A DNA stretch of 64,000 nucleotides from Octopus sinensis (taxonomy: Eukaryota): positions 120,714,001 to 120,778,000 of the forward strand of contig NC_042997.1 in the NCBI RefSeq assembly GCF_006345805.1, given 5' to 3'. Below the pieces are notes generated by a model. That model searched no databases and was not told the origin of the DNA. It was given only the letters and a program-made list of their open reading frames with translations. Positions 26,042-40,289 of this stretch are shown here, one piece after another (the stretch's first letter is position 1; every line of letters begins with the position of its first letter). Made by a program: the position numbers and the translations under genes.

Positions 26042-26837
26042 GGTGAGCGCACCACCTATGGTAGAACTGTATTTAGACCAATCAGTACCTTGGATGTCAC
26101 GGTTTGTTGAATGCGCCATATTGGTTCGGAGTTATCTCACATTTTTTTTCAGCAAAATATTTCAGCCAATTGATGTGCGGCTTAGACGTCACGTTTTTAC
26201 TTTGACCGCATCCTTACTTTGTCTGCACCTAAAGAAATAATTGTTTGGCTATAATCTTTTACTCTTTTACTTGTTTCAGTCATTTTGACTGCGGCCTGTA
26301 AACAACATTCGTGTTTTCATTGAATTCTATTGCTACTATTCCTACAATCGTCCAGAAATTATATATTATATATTTTAATTATATATATTATATAATTATA
26401 TATAATATAAATTATATATTTCAATCAAGGTTGATATGGCAAACTCTACCACCAATACCACCATCACCAACCTTTTTTGTTGTTGTTGTTGTTAGAGGTG
26501 AGGTGGTGGTGGTACTAATAGTTATAGAAGTAGTACTTATCATTATTATCATTACCGCCATTACATCTATCACCGTTCCTATAAGTATTATTATATTTGT
26601 TCATTTGAAAGGAGTTTAAATTTATCAATAAATTTCGTTTCTCTGGCTTTTCTCTCGACTTCACTTGAGTTGTGTAGCTTGGGGAATTGGAATATTAGAA
26701 ACATTTTGTGACCACATGTTGCCAGGTGGTTGATGACAGAGATGCGACGCATATCAGTGTCCATAATTTGCTGTGAGTGCACACGTGTGCGCTCTCATAA
26801 TGCATTCAGATAATGTTGGTGTGTTTATAGTATTATG

Positions 26838-27098
26838 CTTTAAATTATTTAAAGATTCTACCATTTTTTACAATTTTACATGATAATAATAATAGATTAT
26901 TATACATTTATTTTGATAAAACTAGTACCTTCATGAGTTACAGAATAGGCATTAGTAGTGACGGTAATTTTCCATAACTGAAAACTGTATTGAAATGACG
27001 AAAATTGCCCTTTAAATACTTCTCGATAGGTTCCAGCAGGCTGAATCTTATGAACTGTCTTTTGACCAATAAGTACGCGGCTTAGATATCACTGTTTT
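26838..27098. repeat. Dispersed ~260-bp direct repeat, copy 2, inside a Penelope GIY-YIG domain
   Basis: Same blocks as 25784-26041. Confidence 0.85.
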
Positions 27099-27234
27099 GT
27101 GCATCCCAGTATGACCAGCATATATCTGTTTTGCAATTCGGACATTTGATAGTGTAATTTAAATGTCTGCTTTTGCAGATCTTATTTGAATTTGCAAATA
27201 TTCTTCCTCTTTTTTATTCATATGTTGGCCGCTA

Positions 27235-27492
27235 TATATGAACTGACATGTACCATATCGATTGTCAAGCAATGCTAGGGGGAAAACACAGACATACAAA
27301 CATACACACATACACACACACATATATATATATACGACGGGCTTCTTTGAGTTTCCATCTACCAAACACACTCACAAGGCTTTGGTCGGACCGAGGCTAT
27401 GGTAGAAGACACTTGCTCGATGTACCATGAAGTGGGATTTAACCCAAAACCATGAGGTTTGTAAGCAAGCTACTTACCACACATCCACTCCT
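27235..27492 (-). mobile_element. SINE family B (5' two-thirds) nested in the Penelope remnant
   Basis: ACGACGGGCTTCTTTGAGTTTCCATCTACCAAA...GTAAGCAAGCTACTTACCACACATCCACTCCT. Confidence 0.8.
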
Positions 27493-28116
27493 TTGGTTAC
27501 TCGGATTTTGTGTCACGAAATTGTATGGCATGTTCTTCTTTGTCTTTATTGGGTTGCCCTACGTTGTTGTATCGGTATTTCTATTCCACGCACTATACCA
27601 TTTTCTATAGGCAGAGACGTGTATTTTTGTTTGCGTAGAAATTCTTTGAGGCGTTTTTCTCTGGTATTTACATCTTCCACAACGTAACAAATATTTCTGG
27701 TTAGGCCGTATGGGATATTCCGTTTTATATTTGTTGGATGGCACGATTTAAAATTCAGATATCGATGTATGTCTGTTTGTTTATAATATACATCATTGGT
27801 GATGATGTTATCCCTTTTAATTAAGAATTTATCTAGAAATGGTAATATGGTATTACTCATTTTTGAAAATTGGAAAGTTGGGTGCAGATTGTTCAGGAGG
27901 ATATTGAATTATTCCAGAATATCTGGCGATTATGTCTATATTATGGTGCAATCGTCAAGATATCTCTTCCATGCATCTTCAATATACTTTCTAAATTCAG
28001 TGCCGTAGTTTTTCACTACTCTCTTTTCTAACTATCCTGATACGGATTTCCATAAACGGAAACAAAATCTCTTTCCTATGGCTGTACCTCTAGCTTGCAT
28101 GTAATTCTTTCCATAG

Positions 28117-28312
<196 letters not shown>

Positions 28313-28451
28313 GATGTATGTATATTATCAATAATAATAATAAAGGGTAAAATTAATTAATTAATTATAAATAATAATTTTACAAAGTAGTTCGGTATGT
28401 TAAAAGAACCATTATCGGTAAATTTCTATAATTATGAGTATAATTATAATT

Positions 28452-28780
28452 AGGGTTCAGCAAAATTTGCTTCACCACATACCGACATTTAGAAATACCA
28501 GCTATAACTATTCTACTACCATAAAATTTCTCCGGGACAGCAATACTCAACAACGCACGCAGTTAAAGAGAAAAAAATAACGAATCCACGCGGCTGTGAT
28601 TCACTGTATACGTTTTTCGTAGTTAGAGAGATGTGAAAAATTTTAAATCATATTTCTACTCACTCATTCGTGAGATGATGAGTATTGCTGTCTGGGAGAA
28701 ATCTTTTGGTAGTAGAATAGAAGTTTAATTGCTATTTCTAAATTTCGGTATGTGGTGAAGCAACTTTTTCCGAACCCTAA
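28452..28780. mobile_element. MITE-like element with ~100-bp imperfect terminal inverted repeats
   Basis: The left arm TAGGGTTCAGCAAAATTTGCTTCACCACATACCGA...CAGCAATACTCA (28452-28549) is the reverse complement of 28679-28780 (...TCGGTATGTGGTGAAGCAACTTTTTCCGAACCCTA), with scattered mismatches. Confidence 0.75.
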
Positions 28781-28811
28781 TTATAATTATACTCATAATA
28801 TAGAATTTTTG

Positions 28812-28848
<37 letters not shown>

Positions 28849-28932
28849 GAGGGAGAGAGAGAGAGAGACAGACAGAGAGACAGACAGACAGACAGACAGA
28901 GACAGAGAGAGTGGGGGAGAGAGTGATAAGAA

Positions 28933-28978
<46 letters not shown>

Positions 28979-29566
28979 TCTTAACGAAAGTTATACCTTC
29001 TTGCAAAGTTAGTAATTAATTATAAAGAATCACAATAACTGTTCTATCTGTATACGATATACCAAAATGTTTCATACGCTTTATACTTAATATATGATTT
29101 ACATTTTCTACGATATGCAGGTTTCCGATTAGTATGAGTTAATACACTGATATAAGAATAAGTTTTGTGTAATTGTCACCAATATAAAGGAAATATTTTT
29201 TTCTAAATAATGCAGTTCTGTTGATCACATTGAAGCTTCTAATCTCATTAGAAGCATAGATACATCTGATTAAATTCATTCTTATATTTTCGAAATAAGG
29301 ACTCTTTTTTCTTGTAGACTTATTTTGCAGTATAACGTGAAGCTGATATGTCTGCAGATTATTCGATTAGATGTAATGAAGAGATTAACATATTTGATTA
29401 CATATATTGAACGTCAGCTTTGTTGTGATGCATGAATTGTTTTCACTTCTATTTGCCATGATATCGGCATCAAAAGAAAAAGTACATAAATATAAGAATT
29501 TACACAAATTCATATATACGTGTGTATGAACGAGCATGCATATGCACCTTTGTTTTGTGCCTTCCC

Positions 29567-29755
29567 ATCCATCGCTTGACAACCGGAGGCGGTTCAATCC
29601 CATCCCTGTAACTTAGCGTTACGGTAAAAGAGACCGAGAGAATAAGTAACAAGCTTCAAAATAAATTAGTACTGAGGTTTACTTCTTTGTCTAAAACTCT
29701 TATGCAAATGCCCCAGCATGGCCAAGATTCTATGAAATGAATGAAGCAAGCAAGA
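29567..29755 (+). mobile_element. SINE family B, 3' half
   Basis: CATCGCTTGACAACCG...GTAACTTAGCG...GAATAAGTA...GCCCCAGCATGGCC. Confidence 0.7.
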
Positions 29756-31089
29756 GAGAGGTTATGTATGCACACGCACGCCCACACATACACACATGCG
29801 TCCACTCACACACACACACACACATACATATACATCTATGCTTATATACAGATATTTTCATATATGTGAGTGTGAGAGTGTATGAGCGTGCGTATGTATA
29901 TGCGTGTGTCTTTGTGCGTGAGTGAGTGAATGCGTGTGTGCGCATGTATAACGTAAAGAAATGGGAATTTGAAATTTAAAGAATTGCTTTATGAGAGATG
30001 TGATACAATCCACATTTGGCTAACCACATCCAATGATACGCAAGATTCCGAATCGTTTAGATAAACAATTAAACTGTACTTCCTCAGTTCGCTTTATTGG
30101 ATTTTCTATAGCAAACAAAGTATATAGTCAAGATATCGCCTAGAAGTATGGAGAATTGTACACCGGCAAAGTTTATTTATTAAAGTATCAAATTCCAGTC
30201 AAACACTTGAAGTGACTTACTGTCCTTCGATGTAGCACCTATGTGTATTTAGTTTATTATTATTAAATCAATTGAAATATATATTTATCAAACGGTTGAT
30301 ATTCCTATGCATCTTTGTTCGAGGTGTTACCTATACGGGTAGGTACAACGACCTGAATATTCTTGTATAGATGTGCATTTTTAAATCATACTTTTGGTTA
30401 GAAATATAAAATATCAAGGTGCAGGGCAGTAAAGATAGTAGTGAAATACGATTTGATTATAGTTCAGGTATCATTTAAACTTAGAATGACCTCTTTAAAT
30501 ATTATGAAAAACAAAATATTTTATTACACTTAGTAGTGGAAAAAAAAGTATTGATTGCTCTTAGTGAAGAAAATATAATACAATACAAGATATAAGTAGT
30601 ATCCTACAAATATTACTAGTATCTTTTATAATATTTCTAATTGTATATCTAAATTATAAATCTTCTGCTAAAGATGAGATATGCAAAACTAATGAAGGTA
30701 CTACAATAACGCTCTAACTGAGGTTCGCTATAAGGACACATTCTACAATACTCCTAAAAAGGAAATTAAGGAACATATGATTGTGGTTAGTATCATGAAT
30801 CAAATAAATATATGTAGTAAAAATGTGCACATCATACAAAAATCATTAACAATGATGATGGGGTTTCCAAACATCACAAAAATATGAATAGTTAAAAAAA
30901 ACTCATTATGATATCATTTATAGTAAAGTAATGCCCATAATAAATGTATTAATGGATACTATAAGGAAACATGCACAAACACCAGTAATAATACAATCAC
31001 TCCTTGTTTTTAACTTCAAACTGGTGGACCATGATGAAATCTCGTCAACTATGTTTGACTATTTTCACTGGAACATTAGCAAGTCGAAG

Positions 31090-31720
31090 GACACATAGCA
31101 GCAATAAATAAGTGATTTATTTCAAAGCTTCCCTATAGTCCAGCCACTTTGAAATGAGGTTCCTCCTAGGCTCCTGCACCTCTGACATTATTGTTTTGTC
31201 TATGAATAGTTGCCAGACACATCCCAAGGCAACCTTTTTCCGAGTTGCTTTTTCTGTTGAGAGGAAGCGATTACTTTCTCTTTTGTCTTGGAGGAAGAAG
31301 TTGAAACACGTTGTTTGTATTGTATACATTAGGTTCACGCATGCAAATGACCGGTAGTTTTTTTTTTCCATGTGGTTGGTTCTGCATTTAGGATTCAGTT
31401 TTGACTCTGCCATAGCTAAACGGTGTGTTATGGTTCTATTCCCATTGGGAGGTTGCTGGTATATGTTGATAATATATGGTCGGTAGAAGGCTAGCTTCTT
31501 GTACCAGTATGCAACAATCAAGTCTCCCCCAAGTGCATTTCCATCCTTAACTTTCTGGGTCACAGATTTCTCGATCATTTGTGTTACTGAACCAATAAGC
31601 AATATCTGTCGAGAGTATCCCAATCTGAATGGTTTTAAAATGCATCTTGTGTGCTGCTATAGATTTTCCCTCATCCCAATGTTAGCCACAATGTGTATTT
31701 CTATCAAAGGCTACGGAGAA
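31090..31720 (-). mobile_element. R4/Dong-like RT N-terminal fragment
   Basis: ORF 31117-31623: NALGGDLIVAYWYKKL (cf. APGxDxIxxYWxKKL), NYRSFACVNLMY (cf. YRPIxCLNxxY), KKVALGCVWQLFIDKTI, RNLISKWLDYREA (cf. NLxxxWIDYxKAFD). Confidence 0.8.
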
Positions 31721-34434
31721 ATTAAATTGGTTCAATTTAAATTTCATACCGATATTATGCTCCTGAATAATATATTCTTCAAGCAAACGAGAAATGCTTT
31801 ATCATGAAAAATTGTCGAGTTTCCATTTCCAGGTGTTTCTAAAATACTCATTTGATTTTAACGATGTACATAAATAAAATATAATACTCCTTCTTCATAC
31901 ATAAAATATAAGCGGTGTTTTATATGAAGACATGTAACTACATCAGCTGTTACAAGCTAATCGGATAAAACAAAATATAAACTGAGCATTATATATAATT
32001 TGCAAAATATGAAGTAAACAACACTCGTCAATCGTCTTCTTAATGCCGTATAAAATGCAATAACCTTTTTATTTCCTATTAATGTTGCTTTTTAATGAAA
32101 ATCAGCCATAACACATGAGTAAATCGTCACACATTCTGAAGGATGAATGCATTCATCAGCAAATTATAACCTGTGACATACTGGTATACACTAATAATGG
32201 ATTGTATATCATGTTATTGCCATATAGTATACAGAAATCACTACTCGTTAAACGTATTGAAATTAAGTCTTTCCACAGTCAATTTATCACCACATTCTCC
32301 CCAAAAAGATTGCTCTGAATATGTTTTGAGAACTTTCAAATTATAGAGCACCATTTTTTTTTATGAAGAAGGGAGATGACACAGCATACTAACTAGAAGT
32401 AAAATTAACGAACCCACGCACATAGGCTTCAGCAATAAACTCATAGATACATACATAAACACATACAAATATGCATTCATACATACACGCACACACACGC
32501 ACCGACACCCACACACTCATATATATGTGCTTGTGTGTCGGTATATATACGCATGTATGTACACACGTTAGAATATGTCGCTTTGCAAAATCATGACAGC
32601 GCTATGTACATATCCTTTCCTTTGTAAATAAAGTTTCAATCTATGTTGAAAGAGAATTTTCAGCTATGTTTATGAGTGTGAACAAACATTTAGTGGCTTT
32701 TTCATTAGTTCGTCCATATACAGTGCAATGATAATTAAATTCTAACACAAAACACTTGATCTCAGGCTGAACCTACTGAAGATATTTATAATAACATAGA
32801 AACCAACTCAAATTAACTATGTATGAATGTTGGTTTTGTTCACATATAAGAGAGAATGAGTTTAGGATAATAATCATAAATATAAAATTCATACCCCTCT
32901 TAAAATAAACACAAAAGGAAGAGTTGTTAGGAAAATGTATCGTCAATTACATACCACTATTTAACAGATAGTTTACCAACCATGAAATTAGGAATGTCAG
33001 AATTGCGACAAATGGGATTTGAATGCCAACGTATATCAGTTTAACTTAATGACAAAGCTCTTTCTCTGCGACTATTTGGATTTAATGATGTGAGTTCCGT
33101 AACTGCCATGTCACTACCATAATATGAGCCATCATAGAGGCATCGGCACGCCCATTCGACGTGCGAACAATAGCAATTTTATTATTATCATATACAACAA
33201 ACATTTCTCACAAAAAAACAAAACAAAATCAAAACAATTTTTGTCATAAAACAATATGCCGTCCAGAAAAATTAAAGGAAGATTATATTGAAAATGAGAG
33301 TAACATTTGGATTTTGTAGCTCCGTTGTGATTCCAATTTAGTATTCTTCGATGAAAATATCATTAATGCTATTGGGAATATATATGAGTGCTACTGACAT
33401 CTGAAGCTTTTGTAAAATTTGTGTTTAGCTTTCGTGGAGTGCACGATATTGTTCCATTATTTCTCAAGAAACCTTCAGCATTGCCATATCTTTCGTCTAT
33501 TTCTCGTATAGCTGCATATTAGTATCTCTGTCTTTTGTCTCCCGAGGATTCATGTAGAGTGAAATCATAACAAAATGTCTACAAGTAGTGTTCTCCATAA
33601 GATACTGATTGTTACATATTCCACAAGCTTACCTGTAATTTCAGGTTATTAAATCTCAGAAACGAAATAGCAATAAAATGTGCACATCATCTGTTAATAC
33701 ATCTAAAATCCAGGTTTTTGTCCCGAGGCATTGTTCTACAAGCAGACATAATACTTTGCTCTTACAGTTACAATAATGTGATTTAACTTGAATTTAGCTA
33801 TTTCAAAAGGTTGACGCAGCTGTATATAAGCTGTTATATCATACGACATTTACAGACTGTGTCTGGGTGTAGGAATAGCGTACATATACTACATATAGGT
33901 ATACATACATTAGAAATACATTCCTTATTTTGAAATAATGTACTTTAAGAATACATGTTATGAAGGAACACTAATTATCGCAATGAATTAGATATGAAAT
34001 CGAATTTATTTCTGATTACTTTGAATTTCCCAGGAAGAAATTATTTCATATAATTAAAATTACCGTTTTACTGAATTTCAAATATTCAAATGTTCTTCGT
34101 CTCTCAGAACTCATGACGTATTAGAAATTATCTGGTTGGATTCAATTCCACATATTGATATAATAATATCATAATGAAGTTAGAGCAATCGCATTTCTTG
34201 TATTCTACGTAGCGACACGTAGGTTCTAGAATTATGACAGGCGAATTACATTATCACTAACAACTGTAATAAATCGCAGTGGAAATGTATCATATGAAAC
34301 CATTTTCGCTTATTATGTTAAAGTTTTGACGTACGTCAAATAATTAACTTATACTTTATTTAATTAATATGTCTGTGTATCGAATTACTAGCTGTTGTAT
34401 ATAAGATCACACACACACACTCAAACATAAGCAT

Positions 34435-34484
<50 letters not shown>

Positions 34485-34538
34485 ATGTGTATACATACAT
34501 GCATATAAATATATATATATATATACATACACATATTC

Positions 34539-34573
<35 letters not shown>

Positions 34574-34614
34574 ATGAATACAAACTCAAAACGAAAGATA
34601 TAGTGATGGAAATC

Positions 34615-34870
34615 TCTATGCACAATCACTCTAGTACTTAAGAAACAATTTGCACCAAATACGACAATAGAATCGGTTTCAAATTCAGCAATTTTAGGGA
34701 AGGCGACAAGTCTATTACATCGACCTAGTGTCCAACAGGTACTTATTTTATCGAACCCGAAATGATGAAACGTAACGTCTACCTCGTCCAAATATTAATC
34801 GAGTACATTGAGACGGAGAAAATACTTCTAAGTATTTCTCCTAGCGTTCTAGCGGTTCAGCTTGGCCATC
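34615..34870 (-). mobile_element. SINE family A, diverged
   Basis: GTCTATTACATCGACCTAGTG...GTACTTATTTTATCGAACCCGAAATGATGAAA is the reverse complement of the family A core. Confidence 0.65.
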
Positions 34871-37800
34871 ACTTTGTATAAGAAAATAATATTGAGCCAA
34901 GTTATCAAAACAGAGACTTCACAAGTCGTTATTCGGTGCTACTGCGGCTGATATTTTGAATATAAATGAATATTCAACCACTAATATTTTAGATGTATAT
35001 ATGTATGTATGCACGCGTTAATTTTTTTTAGAGCACCATTTCTTGCTTCTTCCTACAAACTGGACTACCAGCCCTCCCTCCATTTTATTTTTCCCTTGTG
35101 TTTTCTTGTACGTATTAATTCTGTGACTTTTCCGCACATCAGATGTTCACCTCTATAGCATAACCTAGAATTCAAGAAACATTGGCCGAATGACATCACT
35201 AAGTAGTCGTATTTGATCGTATTACGTAGAAGAAGCATTGCTTCCTATTGCTTCTCTTTTTCATGCACCTCATGCAATAAATTTTCCATCCTCGATTTTT
35301 ACATTATCAACCACCTATTCGTTGATATCAGTGTTGCGTTACAAGCGTTTCAAATGTCTCTGCCGAAGCTTTCAGTGAGTGCTACGATTTGATCCATATC
35401 TTTCCATTATTTCATAACAAAATCATTCCAGCAAATGTTTGAGTAAAAAGTGTGATTACAGACGTTCTTACCTGCAAAACCTTACATACTTCAAACCTCC
35501 ACCACACTACCCTCATAAATTTTGTGCAAACTCCCTGTAGCTTGTACTATCCAGCTATCTGTACACACAGTTATTATTAAATTCCTATTGTATTTGTGCT
35601 TCAAATTACTTTTTTGCATCATTTATATCCCGAAATATATAAACCACATTCAGTGTACATCCACTACGTCTAAAACTTAATTAAGTTACTCCCGTTAATT
35701 ATTTCGTTTGACTCTTCCATCTGACATCGAAGAATCTCTGGTGAAATAATGGAGAATTTCATGAACTTAATCAAATATATTCTAATTAGTTCCATGGGAA
35801 ATTACTAAATTTACTGTTTATCTACTTAATCACATACTCATTAGTGAAAACGAATCATGCAGCAACTTAAAGTGATTTGATTGAATACAAGTGGAAGATG
35901 TAAAACTAAGAGTATAGCTAAATAAATAGAAAATAATGCATATTTTATAAATCGTACAAATCAAAAATGTAAAACAATTACTTACAACTCAGCCTCGATC
36001 TATAGATAAAAATATATAAAAAGTATTGATTGTTTCTGTCAAAATAAATTTTACAAAGAAAAAAATATTCAATCCGTCAATCAGAAGCTAAGATGACACG
36101 ATGGGATACGTGAAGCTTTCGCTGGTTTAAATGTCGTCTTTGCCGATAAACGCATAAACAATGAGCTCAACCACGCTCGACTCGACGGAAAAGCCAGAAA
36201 GGGACAGGTATAGCGAGTTAGACCTTGAATCAATGCTGAACTGCTACTCATTTCGGTTGAGTATATTTTTGAAATATGTAGGGAACAGACTTGTTCAAGG
36301 GCGAAATATCCTGAACGATATTGGAATTGAACTGATGACCCATATTACGGAGCCTACCTCATCAACCTCTATGTTACATGGATTCGCACAAACTAAAAAT
36401 ATAAAAAAATATTATGAACAGTAATAAGAAATTTAAAACTATATTACTACTAATCAGGGAAGTAAGTTTGCAGAATCATTAAAATATCATTAAATGAAAA
36501 ATGCCTGGCAATATTTACTCTAGTTCATTATATTTTGGGCTTTATATCCAATCGTGCTCAAAATTGCTCAGATCCATATAATACTGAGAACCGTGGAGTC
36601 CACATAGACTCTCCACACGTTACCGTTTATTTTACACACAAAGTAGAAACAATAACGACTGTTAACTATTGTGTTCAGAAGTGTGAAATTATAGAAAAGT
36701 TTCATTTTAGTTTATGCTACATTGTGATGTGGGCGGAGGTCTTGCAGTGGTCATTGCAGTCTTGAATCATACATCGGTAAAAGACCTATTGAAGTTACTT
36801 CAAACGTGTTATCCACTTAGTGGTTGTGAATTTTATATTTATTTCTCACGGGTATCATCTTGTTTTGAGGACTGGTGTTACGCCCAAATAATTTTCGTAC
36901 TTTTCGAGGCAGGGTAGATAGGGGAGACATATATTTAGTACTAATATCTGAAGGTATATAACTCCAATAAAGAGAGGGCCCAACGGGTAGAATAGGCAGA
37001 TTTTATAAGGCCATAGTTGTATTGAAGCATCTTCGTATATTATCAAATGTTGTCTTCATTTGCAATGGGAACGCCTTTATTCAGTGATTCTATACATAGT
37101 GCATCTATTTTATTGCGTTACATAAAAGGCTTTGTACTAGCATCCGTCACACAGCTAATACTTTTTTGGGAAGCGATTCATTCGATTACATTGACACCAG
37201 TATTAGATTTCTACTTACTTAAACGACGCCGGATGGATTTTGCTCAGATTGGACGCTAGAGCATATAAGGATGTAATGTGATAAGGCATTTTATCGATGC
37301 CACATAATCATAAGAATAGTATTATACACTGAAAGACTTAAAATCCGTAGCATAGTGTTTATGAGTTAGGAGAGCATGCGCATAAATTGGTGGGCAAATT
37401 CCCTACGCCAGTCGGTGCATTTTAACAACGTACGGCTTCAATCAATTAGAACTTATATGTCATATAATCATTTAAACGGGAAAATATAGAAATATATAAA
37501 ACATTTGAGCATTCGCTTCTGTTATAATAATTAATGCATTAACCAGATAGAGAGTCGTGAAATAATCGGAGTCGAGATTGATGAAGTGGTTCTTTGATAA
37601 TGTCTTAAGCCATCCAAAGAAATCTATTTATGTTCTGAAAGATAGCTCGATATTATGTTTAATTTACTTGTGTTATTTGAACTAGCTACCTCTTGAATAC
37701 GAAAAACATAAGTACATGATTCTAAGCTATATATAATATCTGATTTATTGTATATGCAGCTGCAAACATAATTAGTACAGTATTAAGCCCGCTATAGATT

Positions 37801-37904
37801 ACTTTACATTTTTTTAAATAATGTATTTCTTAATACATTCCTTCATCTACTTTTGTTTTGATGATTCATAATTCTCTTTTGGTCATAGTTGTAAATACAT
37901 ATAT

Positions 37905-37907
37905 ACA

Positions 37908-37939
<32 letters not shown>

Positions 37940-37945
37940 CATACA

Positions 37946-37975
<30 letters not shown>
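37905..37975. repeat. (TACA)n microsatellite
   Basis: Direct reading. Confidence 0.95.
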
Positions 37976-37976
<1 letters not shown>

Positions 37977-37999
37977 TTACAAGGCACAGGGAGTAGGTT

Positions 38000-39195
38000 G
38001 TGTAGAGTAGCATAGGACTCTAGTAGCTGCTAAAGATGAATTTACAGGTCTATTGTTATCAAGCGTGTGCCTGATGTATTCATTATCTGCAGCAGCATTA
38101 GTGTTGGTATTTTCTAAGGGTGTTGAAGGAGTCCTCACCTCCTGAACGTTCTCTTTTCTAACGGTCTTATTTCAATCATTCCCTATTTAAGTATTGGGTT
38201 TCCCTTGGTCGTAAGGTAGGTTTACGGTACAGATGTTAGTAATAGAATTAGAGTAGGAGGTGTGACGGTCATTATTCGTGTGGATGTTTAAGGTTATGTG
38301 TAGGGGGCTAGGAGTTAGTGTGAGTTGTGTCATTATGATAAAAATCAATTAATTGACGGTTCCTAAGATTCTTACTGTTCAGATGACGTTAGCAGTGGTG
38401 GAGTAGGAAAATTTAATCAATTGAGGAATAAAGATTTTTCTAAGGGGACTGGACCTAGGGATATATTTCTCAAGTAGGGCTGAACATTAAGGGCAAAGGT
38501 GGAAGAACTAGATAGCGTCAAGCGTCGTGGTCCGCTTAAGAAGATTATCCGAATATCGGTTGGAGTATGGAGGTGCACGCTGGCTTTGATTTCGATGAGC
38601 GAATACTGATTCGGGATTAGGTTTTCTGTTACTGTAAAATTTGGAGGGATAGGAGGGAGAGCCAGATGTATCCGTGGTGCTTGGTTTTCAAGGAGGGTCA
38701 AGCCATATCGGGATGTATTTCATCGGTTTCTTATATTCGGCGAGTTGTAGGGCGCAGGTATAATATTCGGCGTATTACTTAAATATTTCCTTACTGGCGG
38801 GCGAGGGTTAAATTCTGTAAGATACGCTGTCCATCATGTATTTTTGAACAGATGGGTATGACTGGAGGAAACGCTTACATTGTTAAGGTGCTAGCTACGT
38901 TTATGGTACGGGTAGAAAGTGTTATTTTTAAAATTTAGAGTGGTATTTAGGAAATTAGCTGTTTTAATGTTGTGGCTAAAATAGGCTCTAAGGAACATGT
39001 TTTTAAATAAATGCCTGATTCTTTTACTAAATAATTCTATTTCGCAGTTACTAGAATTCTGGATCGAAAACAGAGCGTCCTCCACATATACACAACCAGA
39101 GATATTACGGAATTGTGCTTGGAGACATTGAAAGATGTAATAACCTACGTGGTCGGTAACTTGAGCCGAGTCACACGCCGTCATTGCGAGAACTA
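38000..39195 (-). mobile_element. Penelope-like element remnant (RT and downstream linker)
   Basis: ORF 38891-39184: DSAQVTDHVGYYI (cf. DGAEVCELVGLY), GCVYVEDAL (cf. GLYRDDGL), NFLNTTLNFKNNTFYPYHK (cf. NFLDVTLNL..YKPYxKP); then EIFK*YAEYYTCALQLAEY. The left boundary is approximate. Confidence 0.75.
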
Positions 39196-40289
39196 AATTG
39201 TTAGGGATGCATTTACGGACCTAGAATTTCGCAGCAAATTGTATAATGGTTTCAGGGGCTGACGGACGCACAAATGAATACGCGCATTCACGTCAATATG
39301 TACTTATGTAGTTTTAAAATTAAGCATTAAAATTTGCTTACTGACCAAAAATATTAACTTCCACTTCTCTCTACTTCTCCCACCTCCTCCTAACAAAGTC
39401 TAAATTGATACCACTCCTACATTTTCTCTTTCTTTAACTGCTGAAATGTATTTACAGGGTGCCATAATATATCTACTTTATTGTCTACAATTGACCCAGT
39501 AAATGACCATAGCCTGAATTCACAAAGACGTTCCTCTAGCCAGCTTCAATAATACCACATTCTGTACCTCAACTCGTTCTCCTCTTCTTTTCTTTTTGGT
39601 ATTGTTTTTATCCGTAAGTTTAGACATTGACACATTGCTACATATTACGTCTTTACAAATAGGGTTTCTCTTTTCTTCTCAAACTCTTCGGTCTAATCTC
39701 CTACGAGTTAACAAGTGATATTTTGACCACAATATAAGCTTCAAATGATTCACATATTTTTGCCCCGAGGAGTAGCTAGTAACTTGTTCGAGCAATTACT
39801 ATTCCTAAGGTTGTGCTAGCTATGGAACATATGTAGCCTGGATTATATCTACAGTATTCCCTCATTTTGGGGGTTTTTTCGTATATATCGCAAAATTAGC
39901 TGCTAACCGTAAGCGATATAATAACTTTCTTCAGCTTATAGAACTTCGATACGGGAAACATTTACAATCTACCACCTCAATAAATCACTACTGCTTCTGA
40001 AAGTTGCTTTCGTATATATTCAATGGACTGTGTGAAGCTTACTAACTTCCTACACCTTGATCTTTTGATGTTAACTTTACATGTAACATGTGGGTGAGTC
40101 TATTTGTGTGTATATATGTATGTATGATTATATGTTTATGTGTGTGTGTGTGTAAGCACTACACATACATATAAATATATATATATATATATACACATAC
40201 ATACATACATACATGCATATACGTCTATAATAGAAGGCACGCTGTTTAGTGCTAATAGTGTTCGGTTCATAAGGACGTTTGACTGAAAA

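Larger units (their letters stand above)
26591..28110 (-). mobile_element. Penelope-like element remnant (RT plus GIY-YIG), interrupted by a SINE and a repeat
   Basis: Minus strand: QARGTAIG (~28085), WKRYLDDC (27947-27971), LPFLD..YYKQTDIHRYLNFKSCHPTNIKRNIPYGLTRNI (27546-27860 ORF), QIYAGHTG (~27110), ERTRVHSQQI...HLATC...ERKARETKFIDKFK (26591-26790). Confidence 0.85.

Noticed and set aside
32776-32810. CTGAAGA...GAAAC hammerhead-like core
   Set aside because: Stem II has only 3 bp, and neither stem I nor a proper stem III can form.
36490-37260. Cluster of overlapping 63-76 aa ORFs suggesting a decayed gene
   Set aside because: No recognisable motif, consistent frame or splice structure; cannot be supported without a search.
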